DNA of 64,000 nucleotides. It comes from the human T2T-CHM13v2.0 reference genome, Homo sapiens. Positions 15,300 to 30,149 of the stretch are shown one piece after another. Every line of letters starts with the position of its first letter. The stretch's first letter is position 1. The position numbers and the translations under genes were made by a program. The stretch is from NCBI RefSeq assembly GCF_009914755.1, contig NC_060927.1, one strand, 5' to 3'. Under the pieces are notes generated by a model. That model did no database searches. It worked only from the letters and a program-made list of their open reading frames with translations, and was not told where the DNA came from.

Positions 15300-16330
15300 T
15301 ACATATCAAGAAGTTAAACATGTGATAAAGCTTGGGGTTTTTTTGCTTGCCTTTGTCCTCTTGCTACAGCCCATATTAGATCTTGGATTCTCTTACCCTT
15401 CTACTCACATTATCCTTCTTGCTTTTATTCACCCCACACATAATCCAGATTAACAATTTAGGATGTATTCTTCAATATTTTTCTCCGTGCTTATGTGTTC
15501 AGGTAAACAAATATACAGACATATCACATATTGTTGTAGGTCATTTAACAAAATAAGATCAATTATATACAGGCCTCTATGTCCTAATTCTTCTCACTCA
15601 ATAATACCTCATTGAAAATCTGCCAAATCAACTGCTACAACTCAAATGCATTATTTTAATGATTCTATGATATTTCACATCATACCATATGTATCATAAT
15701 TTATTCAACAATTCCCCTATTGACATTTCCAGAGGTTTTTTGCCGTTATAAAAAAATGTAATCAGCATCCTTGTACGTGTGTCATTACTCATGATTTTAT
15801 TTATTTGAGAAAGTGTCCTAGGAGTGGGAATGTTAAGTCAAAGAAAATACACATTTAAAATTCTAATAGATATTGCCAGATTGTTTTCCAAAAAGGCAGT
15901 AACAATTAACAATTTCACCAGTCATATATGAAAGTACTTTTTCCTGCATTACTGACAGTAATAGGCCTTTTCATTCTTTATAACTTTTTGACAATCCAAT
16001 AGGTATAATGTAATATTTCATTGTTAGTTTAATTTCATTTCTCTGTTAAAGAATTTGAACATCTTTTCGAATACTCATTTGGATTAGTTCTTGTCTGAAT
16101 TGTTTGTTCTGTCTACTTTTTATTTCGTTTATCTTGTCTACTTTTCTATGGGGGTATTTACTTGTTCTTTTCAATTTGCAATTGTTCTTTGTACATTTTG
16201 TGTGCTAATCCTATGTCTTTTATTATTAATTTAATTTACCAAATCTATTATTTTTCTTTTGAATTCACTTATGGTAACTTTTGTCATATTTTTTACAGTT
16301 AAATATGCCTATCTTTTCTTTTTATAACTT
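15300..16330 (-). mobile_element. Old L1 (L1ME-like) 3' region
   Basis: T-rich antisense L1 motifs, e.g. GATATTGCCAGATTGTTTTCCAAAAAGG and TTTCATTGTTAGTTTAATTTCATTTCTCTG. Confidence 0.65.
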
Positions 16331-16399
16331 AACATTTTTTTTGGTCCAGCTTTGGAGGATTATAAACAGTTATATTTAGTCAGTATTTCTTGGTAGTCC

Positions 16400-16915
16400 T
16401 GGTATTAGTTGCCAAGGGTAACAAAAACAATAACAAAATTGCCCTTTGCAAGTAGCATAGTTAGAAACAGAAAAACCTCAAAATAACAATGACTTAAATA
16501 CGGCAGAAGTTTATTTCTCTCATGAAGTCTGGAAGGAGTTAATCCAGGGCTCCTATGTATACCCCAGTGTGAGGGATCAGGTTTCTTCTGTCTTGATCTA
16601 CTGTTCATGGCTTTCATTCCCCAGGTCAAGGCATGATTCAATATTCTGCTAGAGACCCAGCCATTTTGTTCATTTACACTTGGGAAGAAACAAGAAGAAG
16701 AAAAGAAGAGCCATGTCCTTTAAAGATTCTTCCCAGAAATTGTCTGCCCTTTTCCATTCACATCACATTATCAAGAACTTAATTACATAGTTACACCTAG
16801 TTGCAAAGGATGCTTATGTTTTCCTGGCCACTACTATAGAAAGTCTATTACATTGTCCTAATTTCAGCTAAAGATTGGGGGTTCCAATCTTTAGAAGATG
16901 GGGAAAATGGATATT
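16400..16915. mobile_element. MLT1-family MaLR LTR
   Basis: AAATAACAATGACTTAAA...AGAAGTTTATTTCTCTC and CACATAGTTACACCTAGTTGCAAAGGA motifs. Confidence 0.6.
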
Positions 16916-18773
16916 GGTCACTGCAATTACTTCAAAATAGTAATTAGCTGACATATTTTAAAACTAACGATTTGGGGTAAAATGATTTTGTGAAGATGTT
17001 ATACTACTCTAAATAAAACAGATAGATAAATAATGATGAATAAATGAATGAACTCACTTTTAATATTTTTCTAGAGCTCCTTTATTTATTTTAACCTCTC
17101 TTTTCCAACACAATCACTCTCCAGTAATAATCTTCTGTAGCTACATGGGTACAGATGTTTTAGCAGATAATGCCTACTTATTTGGAAATTTTCTGTCAGC
17201 CAGAATGACCCAGCACATTGCATTGCTCAGTTTCATTAATTGTTTATCTCACACATCTGATGCTTTTAGCAATCTAGAAACTTCCCTCGTGAACCTGGTA
17301 AAATGATAAATGAAAGAATCAATTGGGCCAAAAACACTTTCCAGCTAGAAGGATTAATGCTACTGGGTGTTTTTTAACGAGTGGCTGTATTCAAATGAGT
17401 AACTTCTGTTTAGATACTCTCATGTCTACCCTATTTTTAATAAGATTACACATTGAAAAAAATGTAATACATTTTAACAGATAATGATGGCGGCAAAGCA
17501 GATGCCATGACTTATAATGTGGGTTGTTATCTATCTGCTGTTTGGACCCGAGCAATAAATTTCAAAATATATTTCACTGATGTCTGCTATATATTAAAAA
17601 TAATGCAGACTATTTGAGCAAATCAGATCTCTAATTTTGAAATAAATCATCTGTATTATTAAACAAATGGTCTGGAATTAGAATTAAGGGCATATAGTAG
17701 GCAAACAAACATCTTTGATTTTATTCTTTGATCATGTCTAGTAGTGATATGGAAAAAAAAGAAAAGGGAAGAAATATCCTGTTCTGAGCTGCTCATCTAT
17801 AATTCCAATATCTGTGAAAACTCCCAGGTCTGTCATTCAGAAGGACGACTTCTTCCCTCATGATTGAAACTGAACTCAAATGTGCCAAATGGGCCAATAA
17901 AGCTAGACTCTTATACAGTGATGCTTCGATAAACAAACTCACCATGCAGCACTTTATTAATCAATTCATGCCACCAACAAGTACATTAAAATGACAACTT
18001 ATGCAAATTAGAGCTACCTAATTTTCCAGCTGTGAGGCATATATTTGCACATAGAGCTTCTATTAGTCTTCACTAAACTGAAGAAGATAAAGTTGTCAAC
18101 TCTGAAATTTATTTTCCCTGTTCCCAGTTTCCCTGTTCGCTTCCTTTTTCTATTTCTGTTCTCTCACTTGTGAGGATAATGCTCTCTGATCTATTCACAG
18201 GTTTCCAGTCAGTTCAGCTCATGATCTGTTTATTGAGCCTGACACAGAATGAGCACTGGTGAATAAGGAAGGTACCTGCCCTCAGGGAGCTTGTGCTCTA
18301 GAGCAGAAGTCAGACCTGTGTTAAGACCCCTGATAGTTACTTGAAACAAGCCAATAATAATTGCATTCAGATGTTTTCCAGGGATTTTCATTTTAAAAAG
18401 TATAAATTAGAATAGATTTTAAAATATCCATCCATTAACACTTACTACTTGCCATCACTCACATGTTTTCTCCAGTGGAAGGGTCTGGCTGACACTTTCT
18501 CATAAACTGCAGCCCATCTGATCGATGTTGTAAGCCTTATTAAGCCTTGACTTTAATGAACATGAGTCTTGCATGTGGCTGAGGAAAAGGGTGAGGACTG
18601 GTGTTTTGGTTGACTTATTTCCATCAAAAAGAATTGAAAAACAGATCAAACGCAGTGAGTTAAAATTTATTTACATTTATCTGTAGCTAATCCACTTTGA
18701 AGAGCTCTCACCTATGTTCTTACATTTCAATATTCTTACTTCTAGTTGTAGAGCTCAAAAAGTTTTCTGCTTT

Positions 18774-18956
18774 CAGTTGTTCTTAAAATTTAGTGTGCAT
18801 CAGAATTATTTAGAGGGTTTGTTAAAACGCAGATTGCCATGTGTCACTCCCAGAGTTTCTGATTCAGTAGATCTTGGATGGGGCCTGAGAAGTTGCATTT
18901 GAACAAGCTCCCTGTTGATGCTACTTGTCTGGGGGATCTCACTTTGAGAACTACTG
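18774..18956. mobile_element. MER5A hAT-Charlie
   Basis: CAGTTGTTCTTAAA...CCCAGAGTTTCTGATTCAGTAG...TTTGAGAACTACTG. Confidence 0.8.
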
Positions 18957-19589
18957 TGCTAGACTAGAGGAATTTTCCACCACAGTAAGCAAGCAGGAGG
19001 ATTCTGTTTAGCCACCAGGGATTAGTGAATTCTCATCAGATCTGCCTACCCAGCCAGCCCTACAAAACAGCCTCAATTAACCTTTCTCTGGTGACCCAGA
19101 CAGACACTGGCATTCCACAGCCCTTCTCCATAGTCCAGGAGAGGCAAATCTTGCTCCTCCCATGCACTTTTCAGGTCTGCCTAAAAACATCCTTCACCAC
19201 CTCTCATTGTAAAGGACTCTCAGCTATAGACAGTTACATGTTTTATGAGACAATTTATGTTATTCTAATAGAGTTTAATTATTTTTTTAAAAAAATCATC
19301 TCCTATCTTACCCCTAAGAAGTTATTTGCAATGCATTTCCATAACTCCTATTTTGTGTTGACCATGTCTCTGAATTTCTCAGTATCTACACTAGTCAGAT
19401 CAATTTTAGGTTTGAAAAATATGTCACCATAGAAAAAATCTTATGGCTTATCAAGGAGCTTAGAGGTTAAGAGTGGGCTCTGAAGTCAGGCTGCCTGAGT
19501 GTGAATCATAACTCTGTTCTTGTCTAACTAGGTGATGCTGAGCAATTCTTTATTCTCTCTGGGCTATAGTTTTCTCATCTATAATATGC

Positions 19590-19925
19590 CTTCATCTTAA
19601 TCTGTTTTGTGCTGCTATAGCAAAACCCCAGACTGAATAATTTATAAAAACAGAAATTTATTTCTTACAGTTTTGGAAACTGGGAAGTTCAAGGTTGAGG
19701 AGTCTGTATCTGGTGAGGGACTTCTTGCATAATTATCCCTTGGTAGGGGACTGAGAAAAAGGTGGATGGGGAACTCAACTTTTTGTAAGAACCCACTTCC
19801 TTATAACAGTATTAATCCGTTAATGAGGGTGAAGCCCTCATGACCTAATCGCCTCTTAATACTGTAACAATGGCAATTAAATTTCAACATGAGTTTTGAA
19901 GGGGATGCATATTCAAACCATACCA
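19590..19925 (-). mobile_element. MST-family MaLR LTR inserted in a MIR
   Basis: TCTTAATCTGTTTTGTGCTGCTATA...AAATTTCAACATGAGTTTTG...ATTCAAACCATA. Confidence 0.75.
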
Positions 19926-21015
19926 GTCTACCTCATAAGGTTTTCATTTTAAATACAATAATATCTGTAAAATATTCAAAAAAGCACCCAGAACAGGTTA
20001 TTTAATAAATAGAAAAAAATAATTATTGCAAAATTACTGTGATTATATTGGGGGCATATATAAGTAGAATTTGATTCAGTTTCTTAATAATAAAGAATGG
20101 CCATATCATTGGAAGACTAATAGGCAGCATAAGGTATGATGGATTTCTTTGAATCTTAAACTTCTTGCAATAGTCTTCTTGGTAAAACAGTTGAGATTAC
20201 AGACACACTAAAATCTGGATGATGGTTGGGTTTTTCTGCACTCTGCCATGGGTTTTAAATAGTTTGATAAGGAATTTTGTCTTTAAAAGCCATGACCTAA
20301 TTTAGGTGTATGAACATGTATCTCAATTCAATCCAAAAGCAGTAAACTCCCACTGAGTGTGCAGAAAGATGATCTAAGTTCTTGTGTTTACACAGAACTC
20401 TATGTGCTGGGTACTATTATTGTCTTCTATTTGTAGATAAGGAATTGAGGCTTGGAAAAGAGAGACGACTACACAAGGTCACAGTGCTAATTAATACTCA
20501 GCAGAACCAGTACTCCAACTCATACAGTCTGACACTATAGACCATGCTCTTAACTATTCTGACTTTTTGCCTTGGGGTTGGTCCCAGAGAAAACTACTCT
20601 CAGTAAATAATTAGAATTCAGGCAACTCTGGTATCAGCAAAAATAGAGAAGGTGACACGTCATACTCCATCCCACTAAGTACAGAGAGGAAATTCAGTGG
20701 AAAATTTCAGCACCATGACCCTTGGTGTCTGAGAAAAGGGAAGTGAGAAGTTGTGTGTTGGGGACTGGACACAAGAGCACACAGAATGAAATCACATGAA
20801 GTGTTTTACCATCTGGATTTTTAAAAAGCAGACCGGCTACATTTATGTCATATAATGATCACTCAGAAATTACATCATAGCCTATTTTTATACTATCATG
20901 TAGTAATTGGTGTGCTGCTGATTAAGACCATCAAGAATAAAATTCTAGGCTGCTACTGTCAGGCTATTCAGCATTCTGTTAGACAAATTAAAACATATGT
21001 TGGGAGTCCACTCAC

Positions 21016-21077
21016 CATGATCTTTTTGGTAAGATGAGGTAAATACAATTAAAATGATCATATGAAGTAGAAATGAC
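21016..21077 (-). other. MYH15: Upstream MYH15 exon (62 nt, mostly 5'UTR) ending in ATG that splices in frame to the 2341 exon
   Basis: Acceptor ttctctcatcggatcctcaatttag|G at 21077 and donor ATG|GTGAGT at 21016. Joining gives M-VESCLLTFRAFF..., the longer MYH15 N-terminus as I recall it. Confidence 0.75.
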
Positions 21078-21379
21078 CTAAATTGAGGATCCGATGAGAG
21101 AATGATAGCCAGGAAGGCAACATTATGTTGACAGCATGGGAAATCTGTGAATAAAGAGGTGGAAACATACAAGATATATTTAGTCATTGTGCTTGGGACA
21201 GGGAAATAATTTCAAAATTCAGACTGAGAGCACATTGTGGAAGGCTTTGGCTATCTCGCTAAGGAGTTTAGATTTTATTCTATATTTCAAAACATTCTTT
21301 TAAGGCAAAACACATTTTTTCAAACAATCTCCAACATAGGTCTCTTGACTGAGACATTTTCTTCCAACAAGGTGGGGAA

Positions 21380-22685
21380 ACAGGGAAAAGATTTAGCCCC
21401 CTACCTAAAACAACTTAAGAAAAAAGCACAGAACATATGATACAATGGGTTTAAATAATTGATTAATAAACACAAAGGACACTGATCCCTGAAAGAGGGG
21501 AGCAAACAAGGTGAGCTCCATGACTGCCTCAGCTTGAAGAGTTTCCAAGACATAACACAGGGAGTTTTCAGACCATGACCAGCAACCTCTTTGAGTTAAG
21601 GAGATGAAGCTAGCAGTCTGTAGTGGCTGAGATGGCTAGAGTTTATAGAGCAGAGTACTGGATAGGAGAGAGCTGCTCAGAGAGAGCTCTGGGGAACTGC
21701 AGAGGATCCTTATCAAGTCATCAGTAGTGTAGTGATCTGTGCATGTGTATGAGGAAAGGACCACCCAAATAAATTAGAAGAAAAGTCCTTGGAGCCCTTT
21801 AGAAATAGTTTTTGTTCCTGCAAGCCAGAGTGGAAAACTTCATACTTCATGGGGAATCAGGAAGTGTATTCACAAGGGTTTCATGTCAATAGTGGAGATT
21901 AGCCGTAAACTAAACACTGCTCTTGTCCTTTCTAGCAAAACTTAAAAATCCAAATGGAAAGAATCAGTTTCTAAGTAACTTAACTGCAACTCAAAACAAA
22001 GCTCAAAGATATCTATAGGAATACAAATATATCTACCACCTAACAAGCTAGAATTCACAATGTCTGGCATCTAATTAAAAATTACCAGGCAGAAAAGGCT
22101 ATACACTGTTTGACAATTGTATGACATTCTTGAAAAGGCAAAACATGGAGACAGTGAAAATATCAGTGATTTCCAGGGAGTTGTGAAGAGGGAGAGATAA
22201 ATAGGTGGAGCATAGGGGATTTTTTAGGGCAGTGAAACTTTTCTGAGTGACACTATAGTGGTGAATATATTTGTCCAGACCCATAGGATGTACAATACCA
22301 AGAGTGAACCCTAATGTGAATTATGGACTTTGAGTAATAATAATGTGTCAACGTAGGTTCATCAATTATAAGATGTGTACTCTGGTGGGGATGTTGATAA
22401 TGGGTGAGGCTATGCATGTGTAGGGACAGGGGATATATGGAAAATCTCTGTATTTTCCTCTCAATTTTGCTGTGAACCTAAAACTGCTCTATAAATACTT
22501 AAAAATTACCACACATTCAAAGAAGCAGAAAAATACAGCTTAAATGAGAAGAAAAGCCCAATCAAAATGGACCTAGAAATGATATAGATGATGGAATGAG
22601 TAGATAAAAACATTACAATAGTTATTATAACTGTATTTAATATATTCAAGAAACCATAGGAAATATTGAATACAATAAGTAGAGC
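21380..22685 (+). mobile_element. L1M (MC/MD-like) fragments with a nested L1MC 3' end (~22100-22505)
   Basis: ACAATGTCTGGCATCTAATTAAAAATTACCAGGCA and AGAGTGAACCCTAATGTGAATTATGGACTTTG motifs. Confidence 0.65.
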
Positions 22686-23002
22686 ATGGAATAGCTGTTC
22701 TGGTTCAAGAAGTGTTGACTTCAAGATGAGCGCTATCATGGGGTTCAGTGAAGCACAATTTGAGAATTATTGCTGTAAGTTATTGGAAACTATTGAAGGC
22801 TTTTCAGCAAAATTTGGCTTAAAACTAGTGGTATTTTACAAAGACTGAATGGGTAGCAGGATGCAGGACAGAACTCATGAATGAGGGAGAATGAGACCAA
22901 AGATTTCAGGCAGGTGGTAACCATAATACAACAGAGAAATGAGAAACCTAAAACCAGTGGGAATACAAAGAAAGATATTATTATTTTTAAAATTAATGTG
23001 TA

Positions 23003-23276
23003 TGATAACATGACAGATCCCAGAGAAGCCGGTGGGACCCCAGGGAGAGTTCTCTTTCCTTTGAGAAGGGCAGGGTGTGCTTGAATGGCTTCATTCCAAG
23101 AGAGTGGCCTGTGCGTTGTAAAGTGTCATGGTTCCTGCAGCATCTGGTGAGTTCTCACGGGCACTTGAAACTCTGGGGGAGAGGGTGTAAATCGCCTGCT
23201 GGGCCATACCCATATTTGCAGCAGGTCTCCAAGGTCAATGGCCTCTGATATGCTGGAATAACATAGGTAAGAGAGA
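23003..23276 (+). pseudogene. Decayed 28S (LSU) rRNA fragment
   Basis: Colinear with 28S ...GATCCCGGAGAAGCCGG...GAGAGTTCTCTTTTCTTTG...GGGGGAGAGGGTGTAAATC...TACCCATATCCGCAGCAGGTCTCCAAGGT...TAGGTAAG. Many differences are CpG>TpG/CpA. Confidence 0.9.
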
Positions 23277-23303
23277 ATATTTCTAAAATATTATAAAAGT
23301 AAA

Positions 23304-23631
<328 letters not shown>

Positions 23632-23899
23632 TTAAAACTTGACACTTAGAGAGGTTACGTAATTATCCCAAGGGCACAATATTACAGTAGAAACTGAAAG
23701 AGGTAAAAACTGAAAAACAACTGTCAGATTTGTAGGAGAGGTCCACTCTCATCTTAGAATAAGTAATTTTTAGGGAAGCACTGGAAGGGAGGGAAGCATG
23801 GGGAGAAAGTAGTTGAGCTTTTCTCAAGAAAGAGAAAAAAGAGAGATCAAAATTAAAATAGAACATTTTCCCTATATAAAGATCCTAAATGTTGTCATC

Positions 23900-24445
23900 T
23901 GTGACAGTTAAATTTTTGTCTTGACTTGAGTGGGCCACAGGATGCTCAAATATTTGGTCAAACATTATTCTCGGTGTGTCTGTGAGGGTGTTTCTGGACG
24001 AGATTAACATTCAAATTGGTAAACTGAGTAAAGCAGATTGGTCTCACTAATATGGGTAGACCTTATCCAATCAAAAAATCTGAATAGGACAAAAAGGCTG
24101 ACCTCCTGAGAATAAGAAGGAACTCCTCCTGTTTGACTCCTTAGAGCTGGGACATCAGTCTTTTCTGGTCTTTGGACTCTGACTAAAACATTGTCTCTTC
24201 TTGAGTCTCTATTCTTCCAGCTTTCAAACTGGAACTTACACTGTCAGATCTACTGGTTCTCACACTGAAACTACACATTGGCTCTCTTGTATTTCCATCT
24301 TGCTGACTGAAGATATTGGGACTTCTCAGCCTTCATAATCATGTAAGCCAATTTCTTATGAGAAATCTCTCACTCTTGCTCTCTCTGTACACACATACAA
24401 CACACCCTATTGGTTCTGTTTCTCTGCAGAACCTTGACTAATATG
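23900..24445. mobile_element. MLT2 (ERVL) solo LTR
   Basis: TGTGACAGTTAAATTTT...GAGATTAACATT...CCTATTGGTTCTGTTTCTCTG...TGACTAATA. Confidence 0.8.
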
Positions 24446-26335
24446 TCATCTTAGAAGGACTTTCCTACTATTGATTTAGGAAGTACTGTAGTTCTTTAAG
24501 ATACGATCAAGGGTATGGAACCCTTGTTGTTTAAGAGAAGGCAGTAAAATTAAAGGTCAGAGGTGTACCAGGGAATAACATCAAGGCCATGCCTATCTGG
24601 ATGATGAACTCATCAAGAATAAGTATACTGCCAAACCAATGTATTGGCTACTGAGCGTGTAGTTCCACTTTACCAATGTTTCAACAACTGGTAACTAATG
24701 TATTCAGGGTTGAAACATGATGACAGTGATTATGATGATAGAATTAAATAAGGTTTTCTATGGGCCAGGGTCCTTATTTATGAGATAAATTTGTTGTTCC
24801 TAGTCTCAAATTACGTCTTTTGTGACTGTACTTTCATTTGATTCAGATATATTTTTAAAAACAATAAAAGCTTTTTTTTTTTTTTTTTTCATGAGTATTG
24901 AGCAGGAGGTTAGGCAAAATGGGCGAGACCAAGTTTGCTCTGAAGAGCAACCTGTCCTTGAGAAGGTCCCAACAGAATGCAGTAGAAAGAAGTTCAGGCA
25001 GAAGTGCATGCCAGAATTTCAGGGAGGTCTGGCACAAAGGCGGGGCAATAAAAACACTAAATTAATGCCCAGAAGACCTGATCTCCCCTAATTATCAATT
25101 ATTTACTAGCTCTAGGATCCTGGGCAGTTTACTTAATCCTTCTGAGTCTTAGATTTTCTGTAATTAAATTATTGAATTAAATTAAAATGTGACCACCATG
25201 CTCACCTGATAATTTTTGATGACCAAATAAGAGAATGTATAAAAAGATTAAGGTGGTTTGTTAAAGGTAAAGTCCTATACAAATATTGGTTATGATGATC
25301 AACCAGGGAGAGATACACTGGAATCTCCAATGGGCAAGCAAAAGGTTTCAAAGTATAGGGTAAGGTGCCAGACTGTGAGGAGGGAGTTGGGACTATATTT
25401 CGTGAAAGACTTGGGGACTGCATAAGACCTTAATCATGGAGGAATTGGGGTTCTGTAAAGGAAACCAGAATACATGTCATAGGTCAGGAATCCATTTATT
25501 AGGACTTGGTTTTAATTTAGGATTTGATTAAAAGACGAAAGCCTAGGTAATGGAATCTGGACATACAACTACAACTGGCTAGTCAGCAAGTTCAACAAGG
25601 TGAAACTGCTACCCTGCCTTCCCCTGCAGGGGGTTTAAATACCTCCAGATAAAAGCTAGGACTGACCTGAGAATATTGAGTGAGGCTGAATCTATAGATG
25701 AAGGGAAACAATGTATAACCAAGTAGATCTTTACCATAAGCATTTTTTAAAAAATACTCTTAAAACGATTGACTTATACATTTGAAGAGCTTTTTTGAAA
25801 GATTCCTGCTTTCCATTCATGGGTCACTACCAGGCATTTCTTGTCATTAATCTAAGGAGTCCTGTGAAATACATGAGCCTTCTCCAGCTGCTGCACAAAT
25901 GATTGCACTGCTCAGAAACAGAATTCTAATGAGATGCCTAGGTTTTATAGAAAGCTGAATGATAGTAATCACTAAGGCTCACATCAGAAAACTCCAATTG
26001 CATATTATAATAAAACCCAATGTCAGCCATATTATTTATCTTGAAAATAGAAAATTAGACCAGCCTATTTGATAGTATATTTTCTTCTAATATTTTTATC
26101 CCTAGAAGGATGTCTCACGAATGCTCTATCAAACCAATGACATTTAAAGCTAAATTAAAACTATTTGGTCTTTCATAAGTCGAAAAAGTGAAGTATTCAA
26201 TTATCATTCAGCCAGAAACTGGTTTAATTTTGTCTCAACTTTTTATCATAAAGTAATATGGTAAAAATAGTCTCATAATTGTCTTCTTTACAAGTTGTTT
26301 CTGAAGCTTAAGAAAAATGATACAAGAAATCATTA

Positions 26336-26765
<430 letters not shown>

Positions 26766-26844
26766 TCACAACATCCAACACCAACTGGGGTCTATTATCT
26801 CAAAATAGGTGTGGAAGACAATGCAGCATTGGTATTGTAGGACA

Positions 26845-27403
26845 GCAAATTTCAAAACATGGTTCCCAGATCAGTGCCATTAACATTGCCTGGGAACTTG
26901 TTAGAAATGCAAATTCTTGAGCTGTCCCAGACCTACTAAATTAGAAACTCTGAGTATGGGTGTCTTAGTTCCATCTGGGCTGCTATAGTAAAATACCATG
27001 AACTGGGTGGCTCACAAACAGCAGAAATTTATTTCTCACAGCTTTGGATGCTGAGAAGTCAAAGATCAAGGCATCAGCAGATTTGGTGTCTGATGAGGGC
27101 TTTCTTTCTGCTGCATAGATGGCATTTTCTCACTGTGTCCTCATGTGGTGGGGGGGCATAGGTCTCTCTTGAGCCTCTTTTGTAAGGGCACTAATCCCAT
27201 TTATGAGGGCTCCACTCTCATGACCTAGTTACCTCCCAAAGGCCCCACATCCAAATATCATCATATTGGGAGTTAGGATTCAACATATGAATCTTATGGG
27301 AATGCAAACATTCAGTCTATAGCAGTGTGTCTGGTGGGTCCCAGTAATCTGTAGTTTAACAAGACCTCCAAGATTTTAATATACACCCAAATTTGAGAAC
27401 CAC
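26845..27403. mobile_element. MER5A interrupted by an MLT1A/MST LTR (~26961-27324)
   Basis: MER5A halves (GGGAACTTGTTAGAAATGCAAATTCT; TTTGAGAACCACT) flank TGTCTTAGTTCCATCTGGGCTGCTATA...ACATTCAGTCTATAGCA. Confidence 0.75.
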
Positions 27404-27660
27404 TAAGGAGATTCTAACAATGTGAGAGCCTAGTAAAAGCTATAGAGTGTTTTTTGGGGGGTTTTGTACACTAAGGTAAGTGTATTAAGAAATAATATTA
27501 ACTGTTTCGACTTATTATTTGATCTTCTTATAGTTAATAAAACAGGCCACCCCCCAAAAGACAAAACAAACAAAAACCACACACACATCCAACTCTGGCA
27601 TGAGTATTCGCTAAACAAGATGTCCCCTAACTTGCAACTCAGAATAGTTGGTAAGGGTTA

Positions 27661-28044
<384 letters not shown>

Positions 28045-29111
28045 ATTGCATGTTTAAGACAGAAAGGAGGAGGAAAAGGGGGTTGATGACATTTGTATCT
28101 ATTTTCTTTTATTAGAAAAACAGTTGTTCAAGAACATCACTCCACTCAGCAGATTTCTACAGCTCATTGGCCAAAACCATGTCTTGGGACAATGCCTAGC
28201 ATCAAGGGATGTTGGAAAAGCAAATGCAGAATCTTATTTCTCACACTGTAAAGTTTATAGTTCTTTAAGAAAGAACTCATACAGGTAAGGAGGGGAGAAA
28301 GGTGCTAACATTGATAATGGGTCAATCTATAGAATTACAAATAGGGGATGCCACTCAGGGTTCTACCAAGGGGGAATGGCCCAGGTGGCCATAATGAAAG
28401 TAAGTATACAAGCAGCATCTTTGAGCTTCAGTGACAAAAGAGTAAGTGGGGTATGTCAAGTAGAATCTAAGCCCCCAAGTTTCCAATAAGGGGCCTTCCC
28501 ATACACCTTCAAAGAACTATATTAGAATGTACACTTACGGGATACCTCAGCATTTATCACTTGCCCCTCCTGGAAGTAATAACTTATTGGCCTGGCAAAA
28601 CTTGGGAGACTCTCCTATCAAAGAACACAGCATCCTGGTGACAAGGTTACTGTTTGAAAACAGATAGTGCAGATCTCTCTTTTGAAGCTATTTCTAAGTG
28701 AAACATATTCTCCTTCCTCAGCTACTTCTCCCACGTGGCAAATACACTGGATAGTTCTCTTCAGAGTAGGAATGTATTTAGTGCTCTCTCCCTGCAATTG
28801 GATGGGGAAATTCAAATTGAGTCAGGAGAGAGGCAGGCTTGCCAATTTGAGAAATCCACCCTTTCTATTATAAAGCTAAATCTATATTTTGACTACTTTT
28901 GTTTTTAATTGATTATAACTTACAGAGATGGGAGCAGGTATGATCACTCCTCTAAATCTCTAACAAAGAAAGAGTAAAGTCATAGGGAGGCCTGTACAAC
29001 CAAAACAGCCACACACTCTCCTGAGAGGACACACAGTCCCATATATCACCTCATTCATGGGTGATGTCTATTCCTCTTTAGGCTCAATCATTCTACCCCT
29101 CAGAAATCTTG

Positions 29112-29474
29112 TGTTATGGTCTAAATATGTCCCCAAAAATTCATATGCTGAAATTTAATTGCCAATGTATTAATAATAGTATTAAGAGGGAGGGCCTTCA
29201 GGGTGATGATTAAGACATGAGAGCAAAGTCCTCACAAATGGGATACATGAAATATTTTACCCATATAAAAGAGGCTAGAGGGAACTAGCTAGATCTTTTG
29301 CCCTTCCACTTTCTGCCACGTGAGGACACAGCAACAAGGCAGCATCTTAGAAGAGAGCAGCCCTCATCAGACACTGAACCTGTTGGCACTTTGATCATGG
29401 ACTTCCCAGATTCCAGAACATAGTTTACAAATTACCTCGTCTGTTTTGCTGTAGTAGCACACGTGGACTAAGAT
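29112..29474 (+). mobile_element. MST/MLT1A MaLR LTR, within older MaLR-internal-like sequence
   Basis: TGTTATGGTCTAAATATGTCCCC...GGACTTCCCAG...GGACTAAGA. Confidence 0.75.
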
Positions 29475-30149
29475 ATTCTGTAACCTAAATACTGGGCTAC
29501 AAAGTTAACCACTATTAATATAGCTTACCTTAGACAGCAGATAAATGGGAGACGGGGAAAAACAAAGAAAAATAATTAAAATGGGAAGAAAATAATACAT
29601 AGCCCACTTCAAGGTTGGGATAAAATATGCATAATTACTACAGTCTTGTTTCTCAAAGTGGGCATGTGATCATCGCTGATATTTCTGTCTCCTTGCACTA
29701 TTCATTCTGTCCCTTTCCCCTTGGCAAACACTTCAGTTGGTCAGTTTGTTCCTTGTGGGATGATCCAAACTGTCATTTCTGAAAGGCCTGGGTCCATTAG
29801 CAGTTAATGTGGTTTTCCACTGATTTTTATCCCAGATCTAGGAATACTAAGAGGTGCTCCAGATGTTCTCCTGTGTTTCGGGCATTCTTCTTACTGCTTC
29901 CGTTGTGTATTGTGTGGGATCATTCATCCTAGCTAGTTGACAAACTCCTCCTTTCCTGATGGCTTAATATCAGAAGCTCCAAGTTGTTAGATGCCAGACT
30001 GAGCTTCCAGTTTAAGGAAATCTTTATTGTATCTCTTGGCAAAAGAATTTCCTACTTGGGTAACCGGAAACTCTAATCCAGCAGAACCTAACGTCAAGAA
30101 CAGGAAGCTGAAATCCTGCCTGATCAATGAGACTAGAGGAGCTCATCCT

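Noticed and set aside
19025-19432. Longest ORF in the track (135 aa)
   Set aside because: GTG start, no recognisable domain, no convincing splice signals; compatible with chance in 64 kb.
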